Shown here piece by piece: positions 1 through 14,050 of a DNA stretch of 64,000 nucleotides (positions within the stretch are counted from its first letter, which is position 1; each line of letters opens with the position of its first letter). The position numbers and the translations under genes were made by a program. Source of the stretch: Octopus vulgaris (taxonomy: Eukaryota); assembly GCA_951406725.2 (NCBI GenBank), contig OX597818.1:32612001-32676000 (forward strand), given 5' to 3'. The notes under the pieces were generated by a model that did no database searches, was not told the origin of the DNA, and saw only the letters and a program-made list of their open reading frames with translations.

Positions 1-264
1 TCACCCCGCAAAGCCGTTAAAAAATCAATAGAAGTGACTTTTTTGTGAATTTTCTATCCAAAACCCAATTAAAATGCCCGGAAATTGATACGCCAATTGA
101 ATGCCAGCAAGCTGTACGTGATTGGTCGGAAATTTGAACAGTACTCGCATGTATGTACGCACGCACGAAGCTGTATATGCTTGCACTAATGTTAAATAAA
201 ACCATAATTAAGAAATTCTCTTTATTTTCTTTTACCAAAACCAAGAACTTTTCAGCACTCCCTC
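1..264. mobile_element. Probable end of a Tc1/mariner-type element extending off the window
   Basis: aagaacttttcagcactccctcg (reverse complement CGAGGGAGTGCTGAAAAGTTC) resembles the mariner-type terminus at 53816. The partner TIR is not visible. Confidence 0.35.
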
Positions 265-510
265 GGAAGCACGTGTATATATATCCTGCAAGTTAGAGAA
301 TGCCAAAAATTTTGACCAGAATATTAGCATCATCTAGACCTGCGATAAATATATTACATCTCGTCTAGATGGTTACACCTTTCCTCTGGAATCCCTGGGC
401 CCTGAATGTCAGTAGGGGTCAAGATGTGCATTAGTAAACGCCGTGGGAAGGTAAATGAAGGCTGTGATCAGGAGGTAGTAGTTGAGAAGGTAGTAGTTGG
501 GACAGTAGTT

Positions 511-929
511 AAGGCAGCGAGGTGGCCGAAACGTTAGCACGCTGGGCGAAAGGCTTAGCAGTATTTCGTCTGCCGCTACGTTCTGAGTTCAAGTTACGCC
601 GAGGTCGACTTTGTCTTTCATCCTTACGGGGTCGATTAAATAAGTACCAGTTACGCACAGGGGTCGATATAATCGACTTAATCCGTTTGTCTGTCCTTGT
701 TTGTCCTCCCCCCTGTGTTTAGCCCCTTGTGGGTAGTAAAGAAATAGGTATTTCGTCAGCCGTTACGTTCTGAGTTCAAATTCCGCCGAGGTCGACTTTG
801 CCTTTCATCCTTTTGGGGTCGATAAACTAAGTACCAGTTACGCCCTGGGGTCGAGGTAATCGACTTAATTCGTTTGTCTGTCCTTGTTTGTCCTCTCTGT
901 GTTTAGCCCATTCTGGGAAGCAAAGAAAT
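511..929 (+). mobile_element. SINE family C (tRNA-like head, CTTTCATCCTTTCGGGGTCGAT core, AAAGAAATA tail), dimeric
   Basis: Two ~187-bp body units (561-746, 747-930); 18-bp direct repeat aggtagtagttgggacag at 488-505 and 930-947; homologous copies at 6143, 31760 and 39667. Confidence 0.85.
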
Positions 930-1101
930 AGGTAGTAGTTGGGACAGGCCGGAAGTTGATTAAGAAGGTTAACTGATCCAAGCTGGCTTCGGTTATTGCT
1001 TGGTAGATTTTAATTATAAAGAATTTTGAATTAATCCATACATGAATTTATTTTAGGTTTTGATGTATTTAATTTCAATGATCTTCCTCTCATCATTGCA
1101 G

Positions 1102-1249
1102 ACAACTCCTGGATTCCGTGTGAACAAAAAAGTAGGAACTTTATACATCGCCAGCGCTCAGGCAGAGGATAGCGGTAGCTATGCCTGTGTCGCAAATACC
1201 ACAGGCCAACCTCTAGTAGTCTCCAGTCGGGCATATCTCACAGTAAAAA
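1102..1249 (+). CDS. PTK7: PTK7 exon: C-terminal half of an Ig domain
   Basis: Acceptor ttgcag|ACA; [34 protein letters not shown]...AYLTVK with the DxGxYxC motif; donor A|gtaagt at 1250 (phase 1). Confidence 0.88.
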
Positions 1250-2222
1250 GTAAGTAAATGCTCTTTTCTATATTGTCTTTCATAAATTCGCAAGCGCGCT
1301 CTCTGGTACGCAAGCACTCACAAATCCTCTAGTGTACATATGTCTTGTGGAGGCGCAATGGCCCAGTGGTTAGGGCAGCGGCCTTGCGGTCATAGGATCG
1401 CGGTTTCGATTCCCAGACCGGTCGTTGTGAGAGTTTATTGAGCGAAAACACCTAAAGCTCCACGAGGCTCCGGCAGGGGATGGTGGTGATCCCTGCTGTA
1501 CTATTTCACCACAACTTTCTCTCACTCTTTCTTCCTGTTTTTGTCGTACCTGTACTTCAAAGGGCCGGCCTTGTCACTTTCTGTGTCACGCTGAATATCC
1601 CCGAGAACTACGTTAAGGGTACACGTGTCTGTGGAGTGCTCAGCCACTTACACGTTAATTTCACGAGCAGGCTGTTCCTTTGATTCGGATCAACCGGAAC
1701 CCTCGTCGTCGTAACCGATGAAGTGCTTCCATATATGTCTTAGTAATGATTTTAGGTTTCATTTTTGTTAGTTTCTAATGAATATTTACTCCACGAGATC
1801 TATTATTATAATTTCAATTCTTATTTATAAACTTCTGTTATGTACATATATATATATATATATGTATATATCTTGGTGTGCGTGTACAAGTAGACACTTC
1901 GTATAGATACATACCTATGCTAGACACTCAAACAAGAAAAGAAAAATCATGGATGTTAATGGGCATTTCATGAATGGCCTAAAAATATTCTTTGTTAGAA
2001 TACACGGGTAATACACACACACACACACACACATACACACATACACACACACACACATACACACACAGACGCAGCTCACACACAAAGATATATATGTGTA
2101 TGTAAATATATATATGTATGTATATATGTGTATGCATGTATGTATGTATATATGAATGAATATATATTTGTATTAATATGTATATATTTACATATATTTA
2201 AACATATATTTATACATATATT

Positions 2223-2279
<57 letters not shown>

Positions 2280-2763
2280 TTTCATAAGTTTCGGCCAGTA
2301 TTGGCCCAGATAATATATACATACATACTTGTATATACGTGAGTCGCATACATGCATATATGTGTATGATTATATATATATAGGTGTTTGTGTGTGTACA
2401 CCTATACTAAGGTGAAACGGTAGAAATGTAAGGAGGAAGTACATAAAATAGAGTTGGATGAAGAAGAGGGAGAAGAAGGAGAGAGGGATATAGTGCGATG
2501 GTGTCTGTAGGCTATGTTTAGAATATTTATTTTGGCCGAGTGTCAGAAATGCATGCCAATCCTTGATTTACTATTTTCTGTTTTCAGCAAACTTGGTCTT
2601 TCTTATAGGAAGTGGTGCCTAAAAAGATAGATCACAATGACTTTCTCACATGCACAGACGTACATATGCATATATATGTTCATATATGTATGTATATGTA
2701 TATATATGTATGTATATATATATATATATATGTACATATATGTATGTATATATATGTATGTAC

Positions 2764-2797
<34 letters not shown>

Positions 2798-2838
2798 GTA
2801 TATATATATGTATATGTATATATGTACATATATGTATG

Positions 2839-2871
<33 letters not shown>

Positions 2872-2998
2872 GTATGTATATATGTATGTATATATATATA
2901 TGTATATATATATGTATATATTTATGTATATATATGTATATATGTATATATATGTATATATATGTATATATATATGTATATATGTATATATATATGTA

Positions 2999-3050
<52 letters not shown>

Positions 3051-3166
3051 TATATGTGTATATATATATATGTATATATGTATGTATATGTGTATGTATA
3101 TATGTATATATATGTGTATATATATATATGTATATATGTATGTATATGTGTATGTATATATGTATA

Positions 3167-3236
<70 letters not shown>

Positions 3237-6200
3237 CACGCACACACACACACACTTTGTGTGGACAAAGACGGTGAGAGTGGAAGTGAAGCAGTTTCTC
3301 TGTGTGTGTTATTTGTATGTGTCATGAAGACAAAAGGAAAAAGATGGAAGCTAGAAAGCGAATGAGAGGGATCTTGCCGATCAAATATTTCTCTTTGGAA
3401 CATTATATAATTCTTCTAGCAAAATGTCATTCAGCATGTCTGCTTTCTAAGCTTTGTTACCAGTTGAGATATTCTTGGACACAATGAAACCTAGTGTGGC
3501 TGACTTTTGTCTGTCCGTACGTGAATGAGTTCCTTAAACCTAGCAAGAAATGAATTCTTATCATAATTCTCAACACAGCTCCTTTATTCAAAGCCTTCCA
3601 CCGGAAGACCACTTATCTTGCAACAAGCTGTTACTGGAGAAATCCTGCATTTTTTAGTAATTCCTTTCACGAAACATTTCTATTGTAGTTGATAGCTTTT
3701 CGAATTTACGAAGTCACAATTCTTTCTTATTTAAATTTATTGTTTAAAGCAAACCTGCCCGCGAAACCTTGTGTTAATATACAACTGTAGTTGTTATGAA
3801 GCTCAATGAATGTAACTACATACTGGACTTTATACTCCGCTGTAGTGAAGAGCGTTCTGGAATTCCCAATGCATTTCTTTCCGAATATCACTTATAACAT
3901 CCTACATTCGCGTTCACTTCACATACGTGGTTATTATCTTAGTTCAAGACATGAATTTCATAAGATGCCGTTTATCTATATTTACTATGTATATATATTT
4001 TTTTTTTTGCATGGTGCAAGTCTGGTGTGAGAAATCTTGTTTGTGAGTGGATGATATCTGTAAAATGAATGTTATGGAAAGTGAAGGTTGATATCATTTG
4101 GTTACCGGTAACATCGTCAACATTACAAGAAAAAGAAATATATTGGGTTATCCGGAAAATTCGTGCCGATTTTTAAAGGAAAGAAAAAGTCAATAAATAC
4201 TTGCCATTACAGTTTTAATCAACCAAATGTGAATCATTTGGTTGCACAATGCGTCTCCATATTTCCTTTAACTTGAAAATACCCTCTTCCCAGAACTGAG
4301 GAGGTTTCATGGCAAGGAATTCATCGAGGTCCAAGGAATTGAAATTTTTACCATTAAGTCTATTCTGCAGAGACCTGAATAAGCGGAAATCCAAAGGAGC
4401 AATATCTTGTGAATATGGAGGGTGGGGTAAGACATCCCAGCTGAGCTGCAGCAATTTTTGTCTAGTTCCCAAAGCATTATAGAATTAACACAGGTTACAG
4501 GGGCATAAATCTTCTTCCACGAAAAGATAGCTTAAACTATTCTCTAAATGGAGGTGTAGTCAAATCCTATTTTATGGACTCAACCATGTTCTAAAATAAG
4601 TCGAAAGGCAAGCTACTATTAATCGGCACGAACTTTCCGGACAACCCAATAGATAGAAGTCTTCATGGCTCAAATAGAAATATTTTATAAATTACCATTA
4701 CTAATTGCTTAGCTGTTGTTTCGTATACAATATTTTTATATGATCCGAAAGAAAGTAAAACCAAATGCTTATATTTTGTTTTTCAGAAAAATTACGTTTC
4801 AGCCCGGCACCAGAAGATCACAGACTTGAACTGAGCTTTGAATCCACAATAGAATGTAAAGCCGAGGCAGAAACTCGTCCAGCGATTACATGGCTAAAGG
4901 ATGGGCGTGAACAGTTCCCTACACACGTCAGCCAAGACAAAGGAGTTCTTTACTTTCACGGTGTGCGCAAGTCTGATGCTGGGTATTACACTTGTATTGC
5001 CGTTAGTGAACGCCAAGGTATCATAAATGCCACGATTACAGTAGAAGTTGTGGGTAAGAGACATTTATACTTTTCTGCATCTCTTCCTTGGTTTGATTTA
5101 TCACTTCTGTACAATTTAAGTTTTAATTAAATTTTATTAATAACATTAAATCATATAAATCATTTAAGCTACGTTTCTTCTCCACTGACTCACGGCAGTT
5201 CGAACCTACGCCTCTTACGAATGTCACATGGAGAAAGATAAATGACAAATTATTTGAGCTAACCGTTTTCTTTTATCGACACTGTGATTCGAACTGGTTA
5301 TATGTAAGAGGGAACTCTAAAAGAAGTTTGGGATGACATGAAAATCGCAGCTTTGAATCATTAAAATCACCAAAAATTTCTAAATTTTGATTGGTCAAAA
5401 CATTCCGCGTCACAAAGAGGACCTCCTGAATATAGAATGTTTCCTTTTTATACATTAACGCCCCAGTAGATATATTTTTAACATTGACCATTAATAATAC
5501 GTACAAAGAATCATAATTATTTAGTCAGATTCTAATTAAATCGAACCGAAAACGGAATACCACTGATACTATATAAAATTAACCAATTTCTCATTTAAAA
5601 ATTTATTTGAATTTTTAAAGAGATGCCTGATATATTTCAAAATGAAATTAGTGACACCAGCCATATTACGACGGTCAGTCGACTAGGAAAGTCGGAAATA
5701 TATGCAGTATTGTATCGCCACCCATACCAAAACAATACGTAAATCCTGTCTCTATTTATGATGACAGATACTAATGCTACTATCAGTTCTACTATATCAA
5801 ATGAATGAGGGAAGTCCGTGTTATTTCTCACAGAGTTAATCCGTGATTTATGGAGTTTATTGGCCTTAGTTGGTTGTCTCCTACTTTTTGTCACACACAG
5901 ACACACAAGCATAGGTATGCGTGCACACTCACACACGAACATACATACTTTTAGCACAAATACACCCAAACATCACACCAAGCACACACACACTGAATTC
6001 TATTTAATGTTTCTGCATTTGCCGATGAAACCTTCACTGTTCTTGTAAAGCAAGATCCCACACTCATCGCTTTTTCTAGCAAAAACAAAACAAACAAAAA
6101 AAAAGCAAAAAAAACAAACCCTTATTATCATAATTTATAACTCAGCGAGCTGGCAGAATCGTTAGCACTCCGGGCGAAATGCTTAGCGGTATTTAGTCTG

Positions 6201-7418
6201 CCGTTATGTTCTGAGTTCAAATTCCGCCGAGGTCGACTTTGCCTTTTATCCTTTCGGGGTCGATAAATTAAGTACCAGTTACGCACTGGGGTCGATATAA
6301 TCCTTGTTTGTCCTCTCTGTGTTTAGCCCCTTGTGGGTAGTAAAGAAATAGATATATTGTCTGTCTTTATGTTCTGAGTTCAAATTCCACCGAGGTCGAC
6401 CTTGCCTTTCATCATTTCGGGGTCTATAAATTAAGTACCAGTTACGCACTGGGGTCGATGTAATCGACTTAATACCTTTGTCTGTCCTATCAGCCTTGTG
6501 GCTGGAATAGAAAGAGTTAAGGCAGCGAGCTGACAGAATCGATAAAATATTCTACGAAATAGAACACCTTCCTACCTCAACTCCTGTTGTCAACGTTGTT
6601 TAGCTTCGAGTCAGCCCTCATCAAACAGATGATCTATGATGAAAAGCTTTCAAAGATTGTCCATAACGTAAATTTGTTATTTCGTGTGCATCCAGGACAA
6701 CGATATACAATATACCCTTCCCACTTTCAAACGATAGTGTTGGATTTAAATGAAGTCTGTTTGCTTTTTCTACGAGGTGGAGTGCCTATATTGCCGGTCT
6801 CCCTTCTCACTCGTTAATGCTATAATTAGTTGTAGTTTTCTCGGCTATCTTCTATAGAATATATCTCTACGTTAGAAAGCGCACAACACCAGAATATACT
6901 AAAGATAAAGTCTACGGATATCGAGAGATTCTTTTATATATGTTTCTAGTTAAAGAAAACCCAGTTGTTGAAATGATATCAAAAGCTCAAATATTAGATT
7001 CTTTCAGAGATATCTGATACAACGCAATATAAAATTGTAGTGTGGAATCTTCTGACTGAAATGCAAAACTGTACTCAGACGGTATTAGCTTAAAAAAACA
7101 AAAAGACATAACCATTTCTTTAACATTTGTGAACCACATGCTCCTATTAAAGGTTCATCAAATCCAAAGAGTCGTCGGGGTAAAAATCCAAGCTTTATGT
7201 ATACATCTAATGTATCGTACGTATATAGGTATGTATGCATAGATGTATGTATGTATGGGTATATGTATGTGTAGGAGTGTGCGTATTTCTGTACCCAAAT
7301 TTATGTATAAATTCCAGTGCACACACGAGCAATATAAAGATTTTTATGAGTACAATCATCTAAATTACTCTAACACTCATACACAGCTGTACGTTATATA
7401 CATAAACATACATACATA

Positions 7419-7498
<80 letters not shown>

Positions 7499-7630
7499 AT
7501 ATATGTGTGTGTGTGTGTATATATGCATGTGTGTGTATATACATGCACACACTCACAGAACGTGAGTGAGAAAGAGACAGATAGAAATATAGATACACAC
7601 ACAAACACATACATCCATATATATATATAT

Positions 7631-7669
<39 letters not shown>

Positions 7670-10600
7670 TAAAAAGCGAGGTCACCTCAACTTGATAAAT
7701 GGCCCTTAATTTAATAAAATTAGGCTCCGAACTAAGTATTTGGGGCCAATATACACTTATTAGAATCATTTGAGCAGGTATCCCAGCATGACCTTCATCT
7801 TTTGACGCAGCTCTTACAAATAATATCAAACCGATACACCACACACATCTCATCTCTCTCTTTCGTTATATATGTGTGCGTACATGTCTGTGTGTGTGCC
7901 TGCATGTATGCGCATATGTTATATACATATATATATATATATATGTTTCGAGCCTACGCTCTTCAACAGAAAGATACACAGAGAGTAAAAAAAAACACAG
8001 AAAGAAGGAGAGAAAAAAAAAAATAATATATATATATACATACATAGAGAGAGAGAGAGAGTGAAAAAGAGAGAGAAGAGCATTAGAAAACCAAAAGCAC
8101 ATGGGAGCATTTTGGAATTCCTAATAAAGATGTTATTATTCATTTTCTGAAATAATTTTCGACAGCATGATGTTTGAAACCAACCAACTTCGACAGTTGT
8201 AGAATAAAAACCACACCTCCCTGTAAATACGAACGTTGGTTTTATTCATTTTCTGTCATGTTCATCACAAAAACAGCACATCTCTATCACCACCACCACC
8301 ACCACCACAATCGCTATAGTCACCATCTCTGCCACTCTCGAATGCCACCAACATGAAGAATAAGAAACTCAAGAACAAATGCAATATTGCAGAAATCAAT
8401 AGAAATAATGTATTTTATATCGTTATCAATTTATTATTTTTTTTTAATGTTCCTTATTGCTTTTCTCCATGGTTACGTGTTTGTTTTCGTGTCTTCTCCA
8501 AACTCCTTGACTCGATCTGAGATCAATTACGCACACACACACACACACACTCGTATCTAAACAATTTTAGCATCCACGTGCACACACGTGTACATAAGAT
8601 ACAAGCATATCTCCACTGTCTCTACTACATCAGCTACTAAAAAATACATCATTAGAAATGCATATACACACATGCATACATATATATATATATATATATA
8701 TGCAAATACACACTTACACAGATGTGTGATTAAAGGCACATTTATGGAAAAATAAATCCTCTCCGACTTCACCATCAAACGACCTATTCACGCTTAGACG
8801 AAGTGTTAGTTAACATCTGTTATTTCCAGCTGAATTCTTTAGTTTTAGCTGATGACAAATTAGTAGTCTTTATCCGTGCCATGACTGCTTAGATATTGCA
8901 ATTTAATCTAATTAGGTGGGGTCAGACAGCTTAAATAAACTTCCCGTTGCTGAAGGCGTTGCGTACAACAACCTCGAATCGACTGCAACGTAATAAATAG
9001 TTTATTAACACTCCCTCAACTCACCCCTCGACGACGACAACAACAAGAACAATATTGAAAATTATCGTAACTATGACGACAATAACAATAATGATAATAA
9101 TAATAATAACAAAACAGATGTTGATGGCGCTGTTGGTGGTGTTGATAGTGATGATAGTGGTGGTGGTGGTGGTGGTGGTTAATGATCGTGAAGGTGAGGG
9201 TGATGCTAAAAGCATGCAGTGATGATATAAGTATTGCAGATATAACAATTAAAAAATTAAGATTAATTAATGATAATGACAAGATGTCGTCGTCGTCGAC
9301 GACGACGAGCGCAATGATGACGATGATGATGATGATGAATAAAATGACAATGATGATGATGATGATAAAGACGGCAACGATGGTGTTGACGGCAGAGATG
9401 TTAGCGGTAGTCGTTATAATTATATTCGTTATGCATAATTTCTTAATTAGGCATAAATCACGTAAATGTTTTTGGTTTGGTTAAGAACGTTAAATGCATT
9501 CAGTGAGACGCAAAACTCAAACGAGGAATCTGATTCCTGCCATTATTATTTTCTGCTCGCCTTCACATTTCACCGTATGGTATTACTTCAGTACCCACTG
9601 TTAAAAAAAAAACCCCAAAACATCGACCATTATCAACATTGTTATGACTGAAAATCTTGATATTTTCATACTCATAGTAACACACAGCCAGAGATTTGAA
9701 GTCAAGGAGAATGGTCAAAAGATTCAACACAATACAAGACAGCTACTTAAATTTATATCCCCAGTTATATAAAAATGGATATACATTATTTACAATTGAC
9801 GGATATTTATCCTCATCTTGTTTGTTGTTATCACGACGTTTCGGCTGATATACCCTCCAGTTTTCATCCGGTGTCTTGGGGAAATTTTGAACCTGGGTTC
9901 TCATTCCTAAGGTATTTTTCGATGTTGGTATTATTATAATTATCATTAATCATTATTATTATTCAGGTCACTGCCTGGAATCGAACTCGGAATCTTAGGG
10001 TTAGTAGCCTGCGCTCTTAACCACTACGTCATATGCCCGTGGGCATATGGATATCACTTGTTAAGGTTATCTCTACATACTTCCTATAGAAATTATAGCC
10101 AGCACTGATTTTCTTATGACGTTTTGCATCCAAAACGCCTCATGGATATTGCAGAATAAATAGCGATCGTTGCTTAAAAACGAAGGGTTCCAAACCTAAG
10201 AAAGTAAGCTTTGTTCAATGAAAGGCAGAAATAAACCCTTTAAAAAAAATGCAGAGAAGAGTTTTCATAATTAATGCAATTGACTACTCAAACGAAGAGT
10301 TCAGATTATATTCCAAACTATAACAAATCGAAAGAAAAGCAAGTACGAACAGTCTCGTTGCGATATTGCTTCGGTTGTTCAATGGGAAAGTAAGCACCGA
10401 GCGAAATGAAGAGAAGAAATGGGATGTACACGTTGTAAAGTGTTACAGATAATAGAGACATGCGTGCTTGTGTCATTTTAATATCCTGTGTAATCAGGAA
10501 TTAATGTACATGTACAAAATCGAAAAAAAGAAGGAGCTACATTTCCTCATGTTGGAAAACAAACAGAAATTATTATAAGTGCATATACCTCGAGAGACAC

Positions 10601-10899
10601 CATATTGAAATAGAGAAATTTAAAAAAAATAAAACATGGAGAAATCATAGCATAAAAGGGACTTCCAGACTCTCTCTACTCTTTACTCTTTTACTTGTTT
10701 CATCCATTTGACTGTGGCCATGCTGGAGCACCGCCGTTATTCGAGCAAATCGACTCAAGGACTTATTCTTTTTAGTAAGCCTAGTAATTATTCTATCGGG
10801 CTCTTTTGCCGAACCGCTAAGTTACGGGACGTAAACACACCACCATTGGTTGTCAAGCGATGGTGGGGGACAAACACAAACACACAAACATATACACAC

Positions 10900-10950
<51 letters not shown>

Positions 10951-12890
10951 TACGATGGGCTTCTTTCAATTTCCGTCTACCAAATCCAATCACAAGGCTT
11001 TGATCGGCCCGAGGCTTTAGTAGAAGACACTTGCCCAAGGTGCCAGACAGTGGGATTGAACCCGGAACCATGTAGTTCATAAGCAAGTTACTTACCATAT
11101 AGCCACTCCTACGCCTGAAAATTAATAAAAAAGCTTCTATTTTTGCTTTTTTTTTTGGTTGTTTTTTTCATGTTGTTTCTTTCGTGCTTTTATATTAATT
11201 GGAGCTATTGAATGGTTTGCAAAAATTACAATATAGTTTAGAATTTCAGCCATAGGATTGTAAAACTTCCCTCATACTGTTTAGAAGCAGCCAAAATCAC
11301 GAACGTTTTATTGCAAACATTCAAAAGCTTAGATGCCATAGTTGTAACAAGGCATCTCTTTCAGTAAAACATTAAATCTTGAGAAACAAAATGGTAATGA
11401 TAATGATAATGATAATTATTGCAAAAACTCAGAAATTTAGTGGTAGGAGGGGAATTAAAGATAGGAAGGTTATATATTCTTCAAGGGTGTGTTATAAACG
11501 TAAATGCTGTTAAGTGACATTATCTTAATGGGCACTTGTCCTATCAACTCAAGGGAGATTAAATACTAACTTTGCTACATTAAAATTTTATCTTAAATCA
11601 CGTCCCATTCTGCCATTAATGTAAGATCCTATTATAGAGTAAATATATGGCGCTTTACTAACAATCGAAAGCAAGAAGTTAACGTACTCAGTTTCGTTCA
11701 TTTTTTTTTCCGATGATTACTGCTTAAATCAAATTAATCAGAAGTATTCAAAATGCTTAACTTGAGGTTAAAAAAATCACCGCACTTTCACTTCATGAAG
11801 TTTTTAGAGTCACAAAGTCTGCACCCTCGCATGTGTGTTGTTCGATAAAAAAAAAAATGGCAGGATCGTCAGCTCTCATTTTAGGGCGCCGATAAAAAAG
11901 GTCATTTGAAATCACTAACGTGGGAGGGGTGACGATGAAGAGAGGAAGGAGAATAATCGTTCGACGCTATGTAAAGATTCACTGAATGTATAGAGATGTT
12001 GTTGAATATAAAAGATTTTCGTCCTACCTCTAGGAAGAACACCAGAGAAATGGACAACGTCGTACTCGAGTTTCGAACTTTTCAGAATATGTTTGTTATC
12101 GTAAAACTGATTGGTCCTCGTCAGCTAGGTCCACCGAAAAGACTAAATTTAAAATATCCGCTCCATCAATAGTCAGTCATAAGCAGAACCGAGATCAGTG
12201 ACAAAGTTATTTTATTTATAATTCTACTTTTACGATGCTTTATTTCGCTGGAAAATAATATTTTTGTACTGTAATAATATTTATATATTTATATATATGT
12301 ATATAATTCCCCTTTTTATTTGTTAATCTTTTCAGAAAAACCAAAGTTTCAAGTGCTACCAAGAAACACCACTGCCTACGAGGGCCGCCGTGTCATGTTG
12401 CATTGTGTCGCGATTGGTGACCCCAAACCGTCCGTCTGGTGGGATAAAAATGGTGAAGCGAACACGTGGGACTTAGCGAGATTCGAGGTAAATGAGTTCA
12501 TAAGTTGGTTAATATGAGTGTTTATATACATACATGTATGCATGCATGCATGTATGTATGCATGTATGTATGTATGTATGTATGTATGTATGTATGCATA
12601 TATGTATGTCTGTATAATTTACATCGGAATGAGTGCCCCTTCCTCATGTAAAGGGCTACACAACCTTATCAGGCAGTCTGATGGCGGTGACAAGCCAAAA
12701 CTTCTTCCGTATGAAATTTTACTAAAGATGTACTCTGCAAAAGACATTAAGTAATCCTTCAGTTTAATGTTAAAGTATATTTATACATATTTCGAAAGAA
12801 AATCAAGTATTGATATTACTTGCAAATATGCATGCATGCATGCATATTTCAGATGGAACCGGGAGCACTACATTATGTATATATATACAT

Positions 12891-12966
<76 letters not shown>

Positions 12967-13385
12967 TATATACTATATATATATATATTTACTCTTTTAC
13001 TCTTATACTTGTTTCAGTCATTTGACAGCCATGCTGGAGCACCGTCTTATTCTTTGTAAACTTAGTACTTATTCTCTCGGTCCGTTTTGCCTAACTACTA
13101 AGTTACGGGGACGTAAACACACCAGCATCGTTTGTCAAGCGATGTTGGTGGGGGGGGGGGTGCAAACACAGACACACAAACATATACACATACATATATA
13201 TACATATATGTATATACACACACACGACGGGCTTCTTTCAGTTTCCATCTACCAAATCCACTCGCAAGGCTTTGGTCGGCTCGAAGCTATAGTAGAAAAC
13301 ACCTGCCCAAGGTGCCACGCAGAGGGACTGAACCCGAAGCCATGTGGTTGGTAAGCAAGCTACTTACCAGACAGCCACTCCTGCG

Positions 13386-13425
<40 letters not shown>

Positions 13426-14019
13426 TTTTCCCTTTGTTTTACGGTCATTTTCATAGCATTTTTTCCGATGGCCGTATAACTGAAGAGATGGCGGCGTGGA
13501 TTTCCACCTCGACATCCGAAAATCGGAGTTTTATCATGGCTACCGAATAATTGTCACATGTTACGTTTACATATATATATATATATATATAAGCAATAAT
13601 AATATCAATAATAATAATAATAAGAAGAAGAATGAGACTTCGATATTAGATAAATAGAGGATTATTTATATATGCTTTAATTTAGAACAAACAGTAAATT
13701 GTTTTCATAATAGTAGTCGGAGTTTCGAATGTCAGAGGGAAGAGTTTCCAATGCATTCTCGTCGGCTATTAATGGCAACAGACACTATGAAAAACTGTTG
13801 AATAAAAGGGAAGTTACTCTAATAGGTTGAATGATAAAATCATAACAGAAAATTTTAAAAATCCTTTCTGGAAAAAAAAATCCTACCATACATCAAACAT
13901 TTTACTTCGGCTCCAATCAGGTAGTCGTTCATTCCTTCGTTTCATTTTCTTTAAGACAAATAATTACGCATAGCATAATTTCTAATTAATTTTTCTCTCC
14001 TTTTTTTTTTTTTTTTATT

Positions 14020-14050
<31 letters not shown>

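Noticed and set aside
522-722. Recurrent ORF ...[22 protein letters not shown]... (also 31706, 39630)
   Set aside because: Incidental frame in SINE family C, not a gene family.
561-930. CRISPR-like array or retrozyme tandem repeat
   Set aside because: Eukaryotic context with no repeat-spacer structure, and no hammerhead core found in the 187-bp unit.
2076-3403. Long ORFs of 190-266 aa on both strands (also at 22208-22809, 45425-46866, 51014-51563)
   Set aside because: These are translations of TA/TG microsatellites that lack stops (YIYI/MYVC repeats), with no splice or domain support.
9966-10038. tRNA gene
   Set aside because: A and B boxes are present, but the acceptor stem pairs poorly and the sequence is fused to a repeat tail, so it is treated as a SINE head. 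The same applies at 1347, 38863, 55548 and 63830.
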